Source: Methanocaldococcus sp. 16A (lineage in GTDB: Archaea; AGJL01; Methanococci; Methanococcales; Methanocaldococcaceae). From it: a stretch of DNA of 64,000 bases. Under the pieces are notes generated by a model. It did no database searches. It was not told where the DNA came from and saw only the letters and a program-made list of their open reading frames with translations. A program made the position numbers and the translations under genes. Positions 18,944 through 29,960 of this stretch are shown here, in pieces (position 1 is the first letter of the stretch; each line of letters opens with the position of its first letter). Location of the stretch: the NCBI GenBank assembly GCA_049860595.1, contig CP187551.1. One strand, given 5' to 3'.

Positions 18944-19723
18944 ATGCTAACTATTTTAAAATTAGGGGGAAGTATATTATCAGACAAAAATATGCCTTTT
19001 TCAGTAAAATGGGATAATTTAGAGAGGATAGCAATGGAAATAAAAAACGCCTTAGATTATTATAAAAATCAAAATGAAGAGATGAAATTAATACTCGTTC
19101 ATGGTGGTGGAGCTTTTGGACATCCTGTTGCTAAAAAATACTTAAAAGTTGAAAATGGTAAAAAAGTATTTATAAATATGAAAAAAGGATTTTGGGAAAT
19201 TCAAAAAGCAATGAGAAGATTTAATAACATAGTTATAGACACTTTACAAAGCTATGATATTCCTGCAGTTTCTATACAACCTTCTTCATTTATTGTTTTT
19301 GGAGATAAGTTAATTTTTGACATCTCCGCTATAAAAGAGATGCTTAAGAGAGATTTAGTTCCAGTAATTCATGGAGATATAGTAGTTGATGATAATAACG
19401 GATACAAAATAATTTCTGGAGATGATATAGTACCATACTTAGCTAATGAATTAAAAGCTGATTTAATACTTTATGCTACAGATGTTGATGGTGTTTTAAT
19501 TAACAACAAACCTATAAAAAGGATAGATGAAAAGAATATCGACGAAATATTAAGTTATTTAAGTGGCTCTAACAGTATAGACGTTACTGGTGGAATGAGA
19601 TATAAGATAGAGATGATTAGAAAAAATAAGTGTAGAGGTTTTGTATTTAACGGAAATAAAATAGAAAATATTTATAAAGCTTTATTAGGAAACGTAGAAG
19701 GAACAGAAATTGACTTTTTATAA
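18944..19723 (+). CDS. ipk: Isopentenyl phosphate kinase
   Basis: LKLGGS, HGGGAFGHP, SGD, DVTGGM. Confidence 0.93.
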   Translation: MLTILKLGGSILSDKNMPFSVKWDNLERIAMEIKNALDYYKNQNEEMKLILVHGGGAFGHPVAKKYLKVENGKKVFINMKKGFWEIQKAMRRFNNIVIDTLQSYDIPAVSIQPSSFIVFGDKLIFDISAIKEMLKRDLVPVIHGDIVVDDNNGYKIISGDDIVPYLANELKADLILYATDVDGVLINNKPIKRIDEKNIDEILSYLSGSNSIDVTGGMRYKIEMIRKNKCRGFVFNGNKIENIYKALLGNVEGTEIDFL

Positions 19724-19727
19724 TAAT

Positions 19728-22094
19728 TTATTGCTTTAACCACCTATCTAAGGTTACCTCTTCTCTATACCACTCTACTTTTTGTGGTTTAAATGAAATC
19801 TTTCCGTATTCTCCACCACCACCAGGATAAATATATATCTTCCCATTTCTAAACAGATTAATTGTTTCTGCCACTTTTGGATGAATCTTGGCTAATTCCT
19901 GAATATCTGCATTTATCAAAACCTCAATCTCATTTCCATATTTTTTAATAAACTCTTCCCATAAGCTTTGAACAGCCTTTGTAAATATTCCTTTGCCGAT
20001 GGTTAAGCTAATCATCTCAGCTAATGGAATTAGCTTATAATATGGAGGTCTAAATTCTGGATGCTTTATCTTTCCATCACTCAACTCTTCAACTCTACTT
20101 AAAACTCCTTTCTTTATACTTCCCTTACATTTTGGACATTTCCAATTGTATTTTTTAGCATCTCCTAATTTAAACCTTGTATGACATTTAGAGCATGCAG
20201 TTAAATGATACTTCCCTAATTTTGGGTCTAATCCATAATTGGCAATTATTTTATTATGCTTTATTGCTTTTTTTATTTGTTCAAAGTTGTCTTCAACTCC
20301 ACCTATGTAATCAACCTCTATTTGATTAAATTCTCTTCCCAATCTATGAGGATGATATGAATGGGCATCTGAATTTGACAAAAATGGTAAATCTCTGAGC
20401 TCTGGAATCATATCTGCCATGTCAGTATCTGCTGACAAACCAAGCTCTACAAAATCAGGTTTTTTTTCATAGCAGTTATATATTGAATCAAATGATTTAT
20501 AAAGAGATGTCCATGGCGTAAAGCAGTTATGCAAAGTTCCTGAAACAGTTACATAGCTTGAATCGTCCTCAACCTCTAAGTTATATACATATCCATTATA
20601 ATACTCTCTTTCTATTCTTATAATTGGAGTATATAGATAATTTCCTTTAATCCACCCATATCTAACATCCTTTTTTGGAAGTTTTATATCTTCATTTCTT
20701 AATACATTTATGATTTTTTCATCTTTATCTAATGGAGATATTCTCCCTTGCCATCTTGTATGATAATTAATAATGCTTCTATCTCCAATTTTTGGATTTT
20801 TTGGAACAAGCTTACTAAATGTTATTATAAAACCTAATCTTAGAGAAATTAATCTTAACTGATTCATCAAAATTTCTGAAGTAGTTACTCCTTTATCCCC
20901 TCTCCACCATCCAATAAATATCTGAATTTGCTTATTCTTAGGAAGATACAAAAACTCATTTGGAAGAGCTTTATTCCAAGCTCTTTTTTCATCTCCACAG
21001 TAGAATGTGTCTCCAAAGAATTCTCTTAAAACTCTTGAGTAATATTTTAATTCTATTCCTCCACTTCTTTCATCATTTCTTATTTTTGGTTTTAAGTTGA
21101 ATATTTTCTTCATTAGATATTCTATGTCATTGATGATTTCTTTTTCATTTTCCCCCAATGCAAATCCAATCCCATCCCTAAAGCAATAACCTTCAGATAA
21201 GAAATATCCAACTAACCTACAAAACTCTTCGGAAACTTCAATTTTTTCTGGAATCCTATTTCTCCAAGATTTTTGCTTAATATTATTAAGAAATTTACCT
21301 AATGATAAAAATTTAATATCTCTCACTTCCTTAGGTATTGGATAAACAATTACATCTCCTACTTTTAAGTCTTTAGCCATAATCCATTCTCTTTTATATT
21401 TCTCATATCTTTTTTTACATGAGGAATTTGTATATTGAGTTAAGCAGTTAAATTTACATATTCCATGGGAGCCATCACATCTCTTTTCTGTTTTAATGAC
21501 ATAGACAGGATGCTCAGGAGTTACGATTATTTCTTCTGGGAAGTATCTAACTCTAATCTTTATTATGTCTCCAATATATCTTCTTTTATAAACTTTTTCA
21601 ACTTTTTTAAACCTATTTTCATGAGTTAATACTTTATCTCCTACTTTTATATCGACTATTCTTTTAAAACCATTTTCTAATATTAGCAGTGTATCTGGAG
21701 GGACACAGTGAGCAGGTCCAATCAATCCATCAACCTCTCTAACAATATCTAAGATTTCATTACCTTTTAAATTTACTCTTGGTCGCCCCTCTTTATCAAT
21801 ATCCTTAGAATATTTTTTTAAAACTTCTCTCAACTCTTCAACCTTACTTATTGACGGTAATAAAATAAGATGATGAACTCTATGCTTATCTTCAATTTCT
21901 GTTGTTAAAACCAACTCTCTATCTTTATATTGCTTTATCTCTTCCAAATAATCTGGATGTGTGCAGTCACCTGTTCCAATGATGTTTAATCCTTTAAGCT
22001 TTCCATATTTTAAAATATTCTCTACACTCATGTCTTTAGATGTTCCACCAGAGAATCTTGAATGAATGTGCAAATCAACATTAGCTATCATCAT
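19728..22094 (-). CDS. PHP-domain/endonuclease Q-like protein containing an intein
   Basis: DLHIHSRFS, GPAH|CFTPW split by intein, SNSDAHS, LGREFN, GGGGEYG. Confidence 0.88.
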   Translation of the reverse strand: MMIANVDLHIHSRFSGGTSKDMSVENILKYGKLKGLNIIGTGDCTHPDYLEEIKQYKDRELVLTTEIEDKHRVHHLILLPSISKVEELREVLKKYSKDIDKEGRPRVNLKGNEILDIVREVDGLIGPAHCVPPDTLLILENGFKRIVDIKVGDKVLTHENRFKKVEKVYKRRYIGDIIKIRVRYFPEEIIVTPEHPVYVIKTEKRCDGSHGICKFNCLTQYTNSSCKKRYEKYKREWIMAKDLKVGDVIVYPIPKEVRDIKFLSLGKFLNNIKQKSWRNRIPEKIEVSEEFCRLVGYFLSEGYCFRDGIGFALGENEKEIINDIEYLMKKIFNLKPKIRNDERSGGIELKYYSRVLREFFGDTFYCGDEKRAWNKALPNEFLYLPKNKQIQIFIGWWRGDKGVTTSEILMNQLRLISLRLGFIITFSKLVPKNPKIGDRSIINYHTRWQGRISPLDKDEKIINVLRNEDIKLPKKDVRYGWIKGNYLYTPIIRIEREYYNGYVYNLEVEDDSSYVTVSGTLHNCFTPWTSLYKSFDSIYNCYEKKPDFVELGLSADTDMADMIPELRDLPFLSNSDAHSYHPHRLGREFNQIEVDYIGGVEDNFEQIKKAIKHNKIIANYGLDPKLGKYHLTACSKCHTRFKLGDAKKYNWKCPKCKGSIKKGVLSRVEELSDGKIKHPEFRPPYYKLIPLAEMISLTIGKGIFTKAVQSLWEEFIKKYGNEIEVLINADIQELAKIHPKVAETINLFRNGKIYIYPGGGGEYGKISFKPQKVEWYREEVTLDRWLKQ
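20526..21707 (-). mobile_element. Intein (394 aa) with LAGLIDADG homing endonuclease
   Basis: Starts CVPPDT, block B TPEHP, LVGYFLSEG and FIGWWRGD motifs, VYNLEVE..SYV...LHN followed by +1 Cys. Confidence 0.94.
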
Positions 22095-22218
22095 CCCACC
22101 AAAAATTTATAAAAATCTAATGGACCAATTATAAAACCATATCAATTTAATAGGACTTTAATAAATATAACAATGAACTTTAATGCGTTTTATTTAAACA
22201 CTAAATTGGGGAGAAAAC

Positions 22219-23550
22219 ATGATTATAGATTATGAAATATTAAAAAAATATCCTCTCTGTAATAGATGTTTCGGAAGGTTGTATGCTAAGTTATTGCATA
22301 CAACAAACACTGAAAGAGGTAAGGCGTTAAAGCTATATAAAGCTTTAGAACTTGAAGCAAAGATAAAAAAAGCTAAAGAAAAAGGAATAAATTATGAAGA
22401 AGAATTAGAGTTATTAAAAGCTTTGGCAAAAAGTGGAGTCGATGAAATAAGATTGGAGGATATAAAAGATATAGAAAAAGAAAACTGCCCGTGGTGTAAA
22501 GGCATTTTTAACAAACAAAAAATGGAAAAACTATTAAATAAAGCAATTGAGATTTTAAAAGAGTATGAGTTTGACACATTTTTAATTGGAACTCATATCC
22601 CAAAAGAGATTAAAGAGCTTGAAAAAGAGATTGAAACAGAATTTATGGAAAGTATAAAGCAGGAATTTGGAAGAGAATTTGGAAAGATGTTGGCAGTTAG
22701 ATTAGATAAAGCCCCAAATAAAGAATATCCAGATATTGTTGTGCATATAAATCCATACACTGAAGAGATTTATTTACAAATAAACCCATTATTTATTAAA
22801 GGAAGATATAGAAAATTAGTTAGAGGCATTCCACAAACAAGATGGCCATGTAGAAAATGTAGAGGAAGAGGATGTGAGCTCTGTAACTACACAGGTAAAA
22901 AATATCCAATATCTGTTGAAGAAATCATTGCTAAACCGTTCTTAGAGGTTACAAAAGGTGTAGACGCAAAATTCCATGGGGCGGGAAGAGAAGATATAGA
23001 TGTCAGAATGCTTGGAGATGGAAGACCATTTGTTTTGGAGATTAAAGAGCCAAAGATAAGAAAAATTGATTTAAATAAAATTGCTGAAGAAGTTAATAAA
23101 GATGGTAGAGTAGAGGTTTTAAACTTAGAGTTTGGTGTTAGGAAGGATAAAGTTATATTTAAAAACACCCCTCATAGAAAAACATATAGAGCTTTAGTTG
23201 AATGCTCAGAAAAAATTAGTGAAGAAGAATTAAAAAAACTTGAAAAAGAACTTGAAAATAGAACTATATATCAAAAAACTCCTAAAAGAGTATTACATAG
23301 AAGAGCTGATTTAGAGAGAATCCGTAAGGTATATAAAGTTAAAACCAATAAAGTAGATGACAATCATTTTGAGATGATTATATATTGTGATGGTGGATTA
23401 TATATAAAAGAGCTAATCAGTGGAGATGATGGGAGAACAAACCCATCAGTTTCTTCTATATTAAATAAAAACTGTATATGTAAAGAATTGGATGTTTTAA
23501 AGATACATGACAATGATTCTGAAGGTGAGAATTATGGTTCAAATGAGTGA
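22219..23550 (+). CDS. pus10: tRNA pseudouridine 54/55 synthase Pus10
   Basis: [39 protein letters not shown]. Confidence 0.95.
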   Translation: MIIDYEILKKYPLCNRCFGRLYAKLLHTTNTERGKALKLYKALELEAKIKKAKEKGINYEEELELLKALAKSGVDEIRLEDIKDIEKENCPWCKGIFNKQKMEKLLNKAIEILKEYEFDTFLIGTHIPKEIKELEKEIETEFMESIKQEFGREFGKMLAVRLDKAPNKEYPDIVVHINPYTEEIYLQINPLFIKGRYRKLVRGIPQTRWPCRKCRGRGCELCNYTGKKYPISVEEIIAKPFLEVTKGVDAKFHGAGREDIDVRMLGDGRPFVLEIKEPKIRKIDLNKIAEEVNKDGRVEVLNLEFGVRKDKVIFKNTPHRKTYRALVECSEKISEEELKKLEKELENRTIYQKTPKRVLHRRADLERIRKVYKVKTNKVDDNHFEMIIYCDGGLYIKELISGDDGRTNPSVSSILNKNCICKELDVLKIHDNDSEGENYGSNE

Positions 23551-23830
23551 AGGATTTAGAAGAAAAACTAGAAAGAAATTATCAAAACACCCAAGAGAAA
23601 GAGGACTTTACCCAATAACAAGAGCTTTGAAAGAATATAAAGAAGGAGAGTATGTGCATATAGTTATAGACCCATCAGTCCATAAGGGAATGCCACACCC
23701 AAGATTCCATGGAAGAACAGGAATTGTTGTTGGTAAGCAGGGAAGAGCATTTATCGTTAAAGTAAGAGATGGAGGAAAATACAAACAAATCATTGCTTAC
23801 CCACAACACTTAAGACCAGCTACAGCTTAA
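23534..23830 (+). CDS. rpl21e: 50S ribosomal protein L21e
   Basis: [12 protein letters not shown]. Confidence 0.97.
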   Translation: MVQMSEGFRRKTRKKLSKHPRERGLYPITRALKEYKEGEYVHIVIDPSVHKGMPHPRFHGRTGIVVGKQGRAFIVKVRDGGKYKQIIAYPQHLRPATA

Positions 23831-23950
23831 ATTTTCAAAATTTTTAAATTTCTCTAAATTTTTTAAAACACTTTAATTATTTTTCTTTAATTCTATAATG
23901 TGAAAGTCCTAATAATGTTATTTTTATTGTATTGAATTAAGAGGGAGAGA

Positions 23951-24274
23951 ATGATAGGAAAAAAAATTCTTAGAGAGAAGCATGTGACAATATCAGAGGC
24001 TGCTGAAATCATGTATCAGAGAGCCCAGATTGGAGAGTTGTCATATGAGCAGGGATGTGCCTTAGATTATTTACAAAAATTTGCCAAGTTAGATAAAGAA
24101 GAGGCAAAAAAATTGGTCGAGGAGTTAATATCTTTAGGTGTAGATGAAAAAACAGCAGTTAAAATAGCTGATATTCTACCCGAAGATTTGGATGATTTGA
24201 GGGCAATATATTACAAAAGAGATTTGCCTGAAAACGCTGAGGAGATTTTAGAAACGGTTAGGAAATACATCTAA
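23951..24274 (+). CDS. rpoF: RNA polymerase subunit F (Rpo4)
   Basis: LSYEQ..ALDY..KF, AVKIADILP. Confidence 0.94.
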   Translation: MIGKKILREKHVTISEAAEIMYQRAQIGELSYEQGCALDYLQKFAKLDKEEAKKLVEELISLGVDEKTAVKIADILPEDLDDLRAIYYKRDLPENAEEILETVRKYI

Positions 24275-24324
24275 TTTTTTATTACTTCTTTAAATTTGTA
24301 GATTTAAATGAAAGGTGAAATTTT

Positions 24325-24978
24325 ATGGTTAGAGGGCAATATAAAAAACAAAATAAAGAAGGAACGAGATTTCCTAAAAAAAATAAGCCTCAAAAATTTG
24401 AAAACTACGCATGGGTTTTAGATTATCTACCTTACGGTTATCCAAACAAACCTGATGAGCCAATAGTTCAAGGACTAGGAGAATACCAATTTGTATTAAT
24501 GGAGATGGTTCCAAAACCAAATGTTGATATTCAATTGGGTGAGAGAGTTTATATTGGAAAAGGGAAGAGGGATAAGATTGACCACGTTAGAAGAATGATT
24601 AAATATGATAATTTAACTCCAACAGCTAAGTCAGAGCTTCTATATGTTATAATGGAAGCTGTTAAAATGCAAGAAGATAGATTTATAAGGTTCTTCAATG
24701 AATGCCCTCCAATTACTACAAGATTACATACCTTAGAATTGCTACCAGAAATCAAAAAGAAATATATGTGGAAAATTATTGAAGAAAGGGAAACAAAAAA
24801 ATTTGAAAGCTTTAAGGACTTTGAGGAGAGGGTAGGAAAAGACCCCGTAAGGATTATAGCTAAAAGAGTTGAAAAAGAGCTTTCAGATGATAAGAAAGAT
24901 AAATACTACTTATTTGTAAAATGGAAAAAAGGAATTATATTGGATGAAAAAGAGATGGCATACTATGTAAAAGAATAA
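24325..24978 (+). CDS. DUF655 family putative RNA-binding protein
   Basis: VLDYLPYG, RDKI, ITTRLHTLELLP; conserved position after rpoF. Confidence 0.88.
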   Translation: MVRGQYKKQNKEGTRFPKKNKPQKFENYAWVLDYLPYGYPNKPDEPIVQGLGEYQFVLMEMVPKPNVDIQLGERVYIGKGKRDKIDHVRRMIKYDNLTPTAKSELLYVIMEAVKMQEDRFIRFFNECPPITTRLHTLELLPEIKKKYMWKIIEERETKKFESFKDFEERVGKDPVRIIAKRVEKELSDDKKDKYYLFVKWKKGIILDEKEMAYYVKE

Positions 24979-24983
24979 AAGTT

Positions 24984-25697
24984 TTATAAATAAGATTTAG
25001 CAAATTCCCTTAACTCTCTAAGTGTTCCAAAGTTTAATAAACCTATATCAGTTATTGCTATAACATCTGCATCTAAGTAATCCTTTTTTATAACTTTTGA
25101 AGATGCTGAATTGTTAATTAAATCACTTCCTGGTGATAGTGGATTAAAAGCTGGTAAAACAATATACCTTTTGTTTAATAAATAAACTGGAAATTTCATA
25201 ATTGCTCCAACTTCATCCCTAAGTTTTATTGATGGATGCTCATGCCCCAAAATCCAAAGTCTCTCCTTTAATAAATCTTTATCTTCTATTTCTTTATCTC
25301 CATGGAAAATTAAATAATTTCCAATCTCAAAATAATCAAAAATTTCACAGCTAACAGATGAGATAAAAGTGTCATGATTTCCTTTAATTAAAATAATATT
25401 AACATACTCTCTCATAAAATCAATAAACTCATTTAAAAACTTAATTTCTCTTGGATAGGGCTTAAAATTATGCTTCACATCCCCATTAATTATTAAATTG
25501 TTAATTTTATATTTTTCAATTATATTTAAAGCTTTTTTTATAACTATATCTTTCTGCAGTAGTGGAAAGTTAGCTCCTCCTTCGCCAAAAAAGACATCAA
25601 AGCCAATATGCGTGTCAGCTATTATACCATAATCCTTATAAATTAAACATCTATCAACTGTTATATAAAAATCTTTAATTTTAATTTTCTCCTCCAT
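24984..25697 (-). CDS. Calcineurin-like metallophosphoesterase
   Basis: DTHIG, GDVKH, GNHD, GHEHP; start MEEKIK. Confidence 0.9.
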   Translation of the reverse strand: MEEKIKIKDFYITVDRCLIYKDYGIIADTHIGFDVFFGEGGANFPLLQKDIVIKKALNIIEKYKINNLIINGDVKHNFKPYPREIKFLNEFIDFMREYVNIILIKGNHDTFISSVSCEIFDYFEIGNYLIFHGDKEIEDKDLLKERLWILGHEHPSIKLRDEVGAIMKFPVYLLNKRYIVLPAFNPLSPGSDLINNSASSKVIKKDYLDADVIAITDIGLLNFGTLRELREFAKSYL

Positions 25698-25755
25698 AAA
25701 ATCACTTATCAAACTTTTAATTTTGAAAATAAAAGAGAAAAAAGAGAGAAAGGCT

Positions 25756-26217
25756 TTATGCCTGCTCGACCAACAATCTTGCTGTCTCTGGTGTGTATCT
25801 CCAATCTGCTGGTAAAACTCCTTTTGACTTGTAGTATTTAACCAATCTTCTAATCTTTGACTCAATTAACTGTAAACCTCTCTTTGAATGTAAGTCTTTT
25901 GGATGCTGTTCTAAGTGTTTTCTTAAGTTAACAGCTCTTCTCATTAAGTTTAATAAATCTTCTGGAACTTTTGGATATAAGCCGTGTTCTTTCATTATTT
26001 TGCTTATCTTTTTACCGGTTATTAATTTAACATCTGGAATTCCGTATGTATCTCTCAATATCAAACCAATCTGTGCTGACTGATAACCTTTCTTAGCTAA
26101 CTCTACTACTAACTGCTCTACTTGCTCCGGTGTGTATTGGACCCATTCAGGAACTTCCTTCCTGACGGGTCTCTTTGAACCGGAGCGACCTCTTTTTCTT
26201 GCGTGCATTCTTGCCAT
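25756..26217 (-). CDS. rps15: 30S ribosomal protein S15 (uS15)
   Basis: [31 protein letters not shown]. Confidence 0.98.
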
Positions 26218-26221
26218 TCTA

Positions 26222-26255
26222 TCACCCGATGGTCGCCAGTCCAAAGAGACCTGGC
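26222..26255 (-). promoter_or_regulatory. GC-rich structured 5' leader of rps15 (candidate autoregulatory r-leader)
   Basis: GCCAGGUC-UCUUUG-GACUGGC hairpin directly before SD GGGUGA, in an otherwise AT-rich intergenic region. Confidence 0.5.
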
Positions 26256-26408
26256 TTTTGGTTTTTATTATTTTTTTATTATTTTTCAAATTTTTTAGAA
26301 TAAATAAAGTTTAAGGGAAATCTTTTTATTGTATATATACTAAATAAAAATATATCCGCTTTTAATGAACATTCACAAAAGACCTATTTATAATTTTTGG
26401 TGAGTATC

Positions 26409-27140
26409 ATGTTATTAAAAGTAGAGGACTTGCATGTTTATAGAGGGAATAGAGAAATTTTAAAAGGAGTAAATTTAGATATAAAGGAAAATGAGATTCA
26501 TGCAATTATAGGCCCTAACGGAGCAGGGAAATCAACTTTAGCTTATACAATAATGGGAGTTTCTGGATATAAGCCAACTAAAGGAAGAATTATATTTAAA
26601 GGTGTTGATATAACCGATAAAAACATTACTGAAAGAGCGAGAATGGGAATAACATTAGCTTGGCAAGAACCAGCAAGATTTGAAGGAATTAAAGTTAGAA
26701 CTTATTTAATGCTCGGAATGAATGAAAAATATAAAAAAGATAAAGAAAAAGCAGAAGAAAAAATTAGAGAAGCTTTGAAATTAGTTAATTTAGACCCGGA
26801 TAGATATTTAGATAGATATGTAGATGAAACTTTGAGTGGGGGAGAAAGGAAGAGGATAGAGTTGGCCTCAATAATATGTATAGAGCCAGATTTAGCAATA
26901 TTGGATGAACCAGATAGTGGGATAGACATTGTATCATTTGATGAAATTAAGAGAGTTTTCGATTATTTAAAAGAAAAAGGTTGCTCTTTATTAGTTGTTA
27001 CACATAGAGAAGAGTTAGCTGAACATGCTGACAGAGCTTCATTAATTTGTGCTGGAGAAGTTATCAAAACTGGAAATCCAGAAGAAGTTGGAGAATTCTA
27101 CAAAAAAAGATGTGGGAAATGCTATAAACCTTTCCAATAA
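26409..27140 (+). CDS. sufC: SufC-like ABC ATPase of the minimal Fe-S assembly system (SmsC-type)
   Basis: GPNGAGKS, LSGGERKR, DEPDSG, C-terminal CGKC. Confidence 0.9.
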   Translation: MLLKVEDLHVYRGNREILKGVNLDIKENEIHAIIGPNGAGKSTLAYTIMGVSGYKPTKGRIIFKGVDITDKNITERARMGITLAWQEPARFEGIKVRTYLMLGMNEKYKKDKEKAEEKIREALKLVNLDPDRYLDRYVDETLSGGERKRIELASIICIEPDLAILDEPDSGIDIVSFDEIKRVFDYLKEKGCSLLVVTHREELAEHADRASLICAGEVIKTGNPEEVGEFYKKRCGKCYKPFQ

Positions 27141-27167
27141 AATTTTAAAATATAATGAGGGATTTCT

Positions 27168-28118
27168 ATGAGCATCAAAGAGGAATTAATGGAAATTATT
27201 GAGGCAATAAAATATACTTCTGAAAAGCCTGAAGAAATTGTTCATGGTAAAGGACCGAGAATGATTGTTAAAGAAAGTAAAATTATTGATGTGAAAGATG
27301 CTGAGGGAATAATATTAGAAGGAAAAGAAGAAGACGGGAAAATAAAAGCAAAAATCATTGTTAAAAAGGGCTATAAATTTAAACAACCAATACATATGTG
27401 CTTTGGAATTACAGAAGAAAATATCTCTCAAATTATAGATGTTGAGATTATTTTAGAGGAGGATAGCGCCATCTCTCTAATGTCTCATTGCTCATTCCCA
27501 AAAGGTAAGGGAATTAAGCATATAATGAATGGTGTTGTAAAAATAGGAAAGAATGCAAGATTCTCTTACAATGAATTCCACTACCATGGTATGGAAGGGG
27601 ATATATTAGTTAAACCAACAGTAAAAGTAGAGATTGAAGAGGGAGGAGTTTATATTTCAAACTTCACATTAACAAAAGGAAGGATAGGAACTTTAGATGT
27701 AGACCAAGAGATTATTGCTAAAAAAGATGCAATAGTAGATATAATGGTAAGAACCTATGCAATAAAAGATGATATTGTTAAGATTAATGAAGTTGTTAAG
27801 TTGGATGGAGAAAATGCTAAGTGTATTATGAAAAGTAGAGGAGCGGCAATGGACAATTCCAAAATAACTTTAAACTTAAAAATTGAAGGTAATGCCCCTT
27901 ATAGTAAAGGGCATATTGACTGTGCTGAGATTATTAAAGGAAATGCAGAAGTTGAATCAATTCCAATAGTTGTAGTAAGGAATGAGAGAGCAAGGATAAC
28001 TCATGAAGCTGCTATTGGAAGTGTTGATAAAAAGCAATTGGAAACATTGATGGCTAAAGGATTAGATGAGGATGAAGCAACGGAGATAATTGTTAAAGGT
28101 ATGATAGGAGATTTATAA
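27168..28118 (+). CDS. sufB: SufB/D-like Fe-S scaffold (SmsB-type)
   Basis: GHIDC, THEAAIG, LMAKGL; paired with sufC. Confidence 0.9.
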   Translation: MSIKEELMEIIEAIKYTSEKPEEIVHGKGPRMIVKESKIIDVKDAEGIILEGKEEDGKIKAKIIVKKGYKFKQPIHMCFGITEENISQIIDVEIILEEDSAISLMSHCSFPKGKGIKHIMNGVVKIGKNARFSYNEFHYHGMEGDILVKPTVKVEIEEGGVYISNFTLTKGRIGTLDVDQEIIAKKDAIVDIMVRTYAIKDDIVKINEVVKLDGENAKCIMKSRGAAMDNSKITLNLKIEGNAPYSKGHIDCAEIIKGNAEVESIPIVVVRNERARITHEAAIGSVDKKQLETLMAKGLDEDEATEIIVKGMIGDL

Positions 28119-28125
28119 AAAAATA

Positions 28126-28193
28126 TTGGCGATGATGACAATTTCGCTATCTGATTTTTCAATTAATGATGACTACTCCCGCAGCTGAGCCAA
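28126..28193 (+). ncRNA. C/D box methylation-guide sRNA
   Basis: TTGGC/GCCAA terminal stem; C ATGATGA, 12-nt guide, D' CTGA, C' ATGATGA, 12-nt guide, D CTGA. Confidence 0.88.
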
Positions 28194-28199
28194 GCTTTT

Positions 28200-29822
28200 T
28201 TAAAGATTTTTTAAATATTCATCAATATCGTAATCTAACTTTTCAAACCACATTTTCTTTCCTTTTATAACTATGTTTCCCCTCCACTCTTCTTTTGTTT
28301 CTGGAAAATCTTCTCTATAATGAGCTCCTCTACTTTCCTCTCTATATAAAGCAGATTTTGTAACTAATTTTGCAACAACAACCATATTTTTTAATTCAAA
28401 GTATTTCTGCAAATCAATAATTCCACTAACTTTGACATCATCAATATTTTTTTCAATTTCATCAATTTTATTTAATGCAGTTTTTAATCCATCTTCATTT
28501 CTAATAATAGATACATAATCCCACATAATCTTTTTTAAATCATCAATTAAATTATATACATTTAAATTTCCATCTAAGCTTTTTATTTCATCTAATATTT
28601 TTGTAACATCTTCTTCGGCATCAATATTTTCAAATTCATTATTTTCAACAAATTCTTTAGCTGATTTTCCAGCAATGGCTCCAAAAACCTGAGTATCAGC
28701 TAAGGCATTTCCTCCCAATCTATTAGCTCCATGAACTCCTCCTGTAACCTCTCCACAGGCAAATAGACCAATTATGTTAGTTTCACATTTCTCATTAATC
28801 TTTAAACCACCCATAAAATGGTGAGCAGTTGGAGAAACTATCATTGGCTCTTTTCTAATATCAATTCCAACCCTTAAAAACTGCTTTAACATAGTCTCTA
28901 ACTTCTTTTCAATAACTTCATTTGGCAAGTGAGAGACATCTAAATAAACTCCTCCATTAACTCCTCTCCCCTCTTGAATCTCTCTATAAATTGCTCTTGC
29001 AACAACATCTCTTGTTGATAATTCCATTCTTTCCTTATCATACTTTGCCATAAATCTTTCTTTATTTTTGTTATATAAAATCCCTCCTTCTCCTCTAACC
29101 GCCTCTGTAACTAAAATTCCTGTTCCAACCATTCCTGTTGGATGGAATTGTACCATCTCCATATCTATAAGTTCAGCTCCTTCATTATAAGCAATTGCAA
29201 ATCCATCTCCTGTCTTTTGTATTGGATTGGACGTTATAGGATAGAGTTGCCCAGCTCCTCCGGTAGCTAATATTGTAGCTTTGGCAAATATTGGAAATAT
29301 CTCTCCAGTTTTTAAATCTAAAAATATAGCTCCATAGCATCTATTGTCATTAACAATTAATTTTATTGCCATAACCTCTTCTAAAATTTTAATCCTTTCA
29401 AATTTTGATATATATTCCATCAATCCCCTCATTATCTCATGTCCTGTTCTATCACCACAGTAGCATGTTCTATTAAAACTCTGCCCACCAAATGGTCTTT
29501 GAGCTATAAATCCATCTTCATTTCTATCAAACAAAGCTCCAAACTTTTCTAAGTTTAAAAGTTCCTTAGGAGCGTTTTTAACTAAAATCTCTACCAACTT
29601 TGGATTATTTATAAATCCTCCACCTTTTACTGTATCATAAAAATGCTTTTTAAAACTATCTTTTGGGTTAAAAACTGCATTATATCCTCCTTCAGCCATA
29701 ACTGTGCATCCACTTTTTCCAAATAATCCCTTAACAGCTATTATGACATTTTTATCCCTACATTCTATTGCTGCCCTTGCAGCAGCTCCTCCTCCACCTA
29801 TAATTAGAATATCAGTTTTCAT
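28200..29822 (-). CDS. tfrA: Thiol:fumarate reductase flavoprotein subunit
   Basis: GGGGA FAD motif, MAEGG, QFHPTG, HHFMGG, HGANRLGGN, ESRGAH. Confidence 0.9.
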   Translation of the reverse strand: MKTDILIIGGGGAAARAAIECRDKNVIIAVKGLFGKSGCTVMAEGGYNAVFNPKDSFKKHFYDTVKGGGFINNPKLVEILVKNAPKELLNLEKFGALFDRNEDGFIAQRPFGGQSFNRTCYCGDRTGHEIMRGLMEYISKFERIKILEEVMAIKLIVNDNRCYGAIFLDLKTGEIFPIFAKATILATGGAGQLYPITSNPIQKTGDGFAIAYNEGAELIDMEMVQFHPTGMVGTGILVTEAVRGEGGILYNKNKERFMAKYDKERMELSTRDVVARAIYREIQEGRGVNGGVYLDVSHLPNEVIEKKLETMLKQFLRVGIDIRKEPMIVSPTAHHFMGGLKINEKCETNIIGLFACGEVTGGVHGANRLGGNALADTQVFGAIAGKSAKEFVENNEFENIDAEEDVTKILDEIKSLDGNLNVYNLIDDLKKIMWDYVSIIRNEDGLKTALNKIDEIEKNIDDVKVSGIIDLQKYFELKNMVVVAKLVTKSALYREESRGAHYREDFPETKEEWRGNIVIKGKKMWFEKLDYDIDEYLKNL

Positions 29823-29960
29823 TTTTATCACCAAAAAATAGGATATTCTCATTAGATATTTAAAAGTTATAAATCAAAATAGTTTTGTGAAAAATAATAA
29901 CACACACATGAAAATTAGACAGTTTAGAATAAAAAAAGAAGAGTAAATAGTGCAGTGTTT

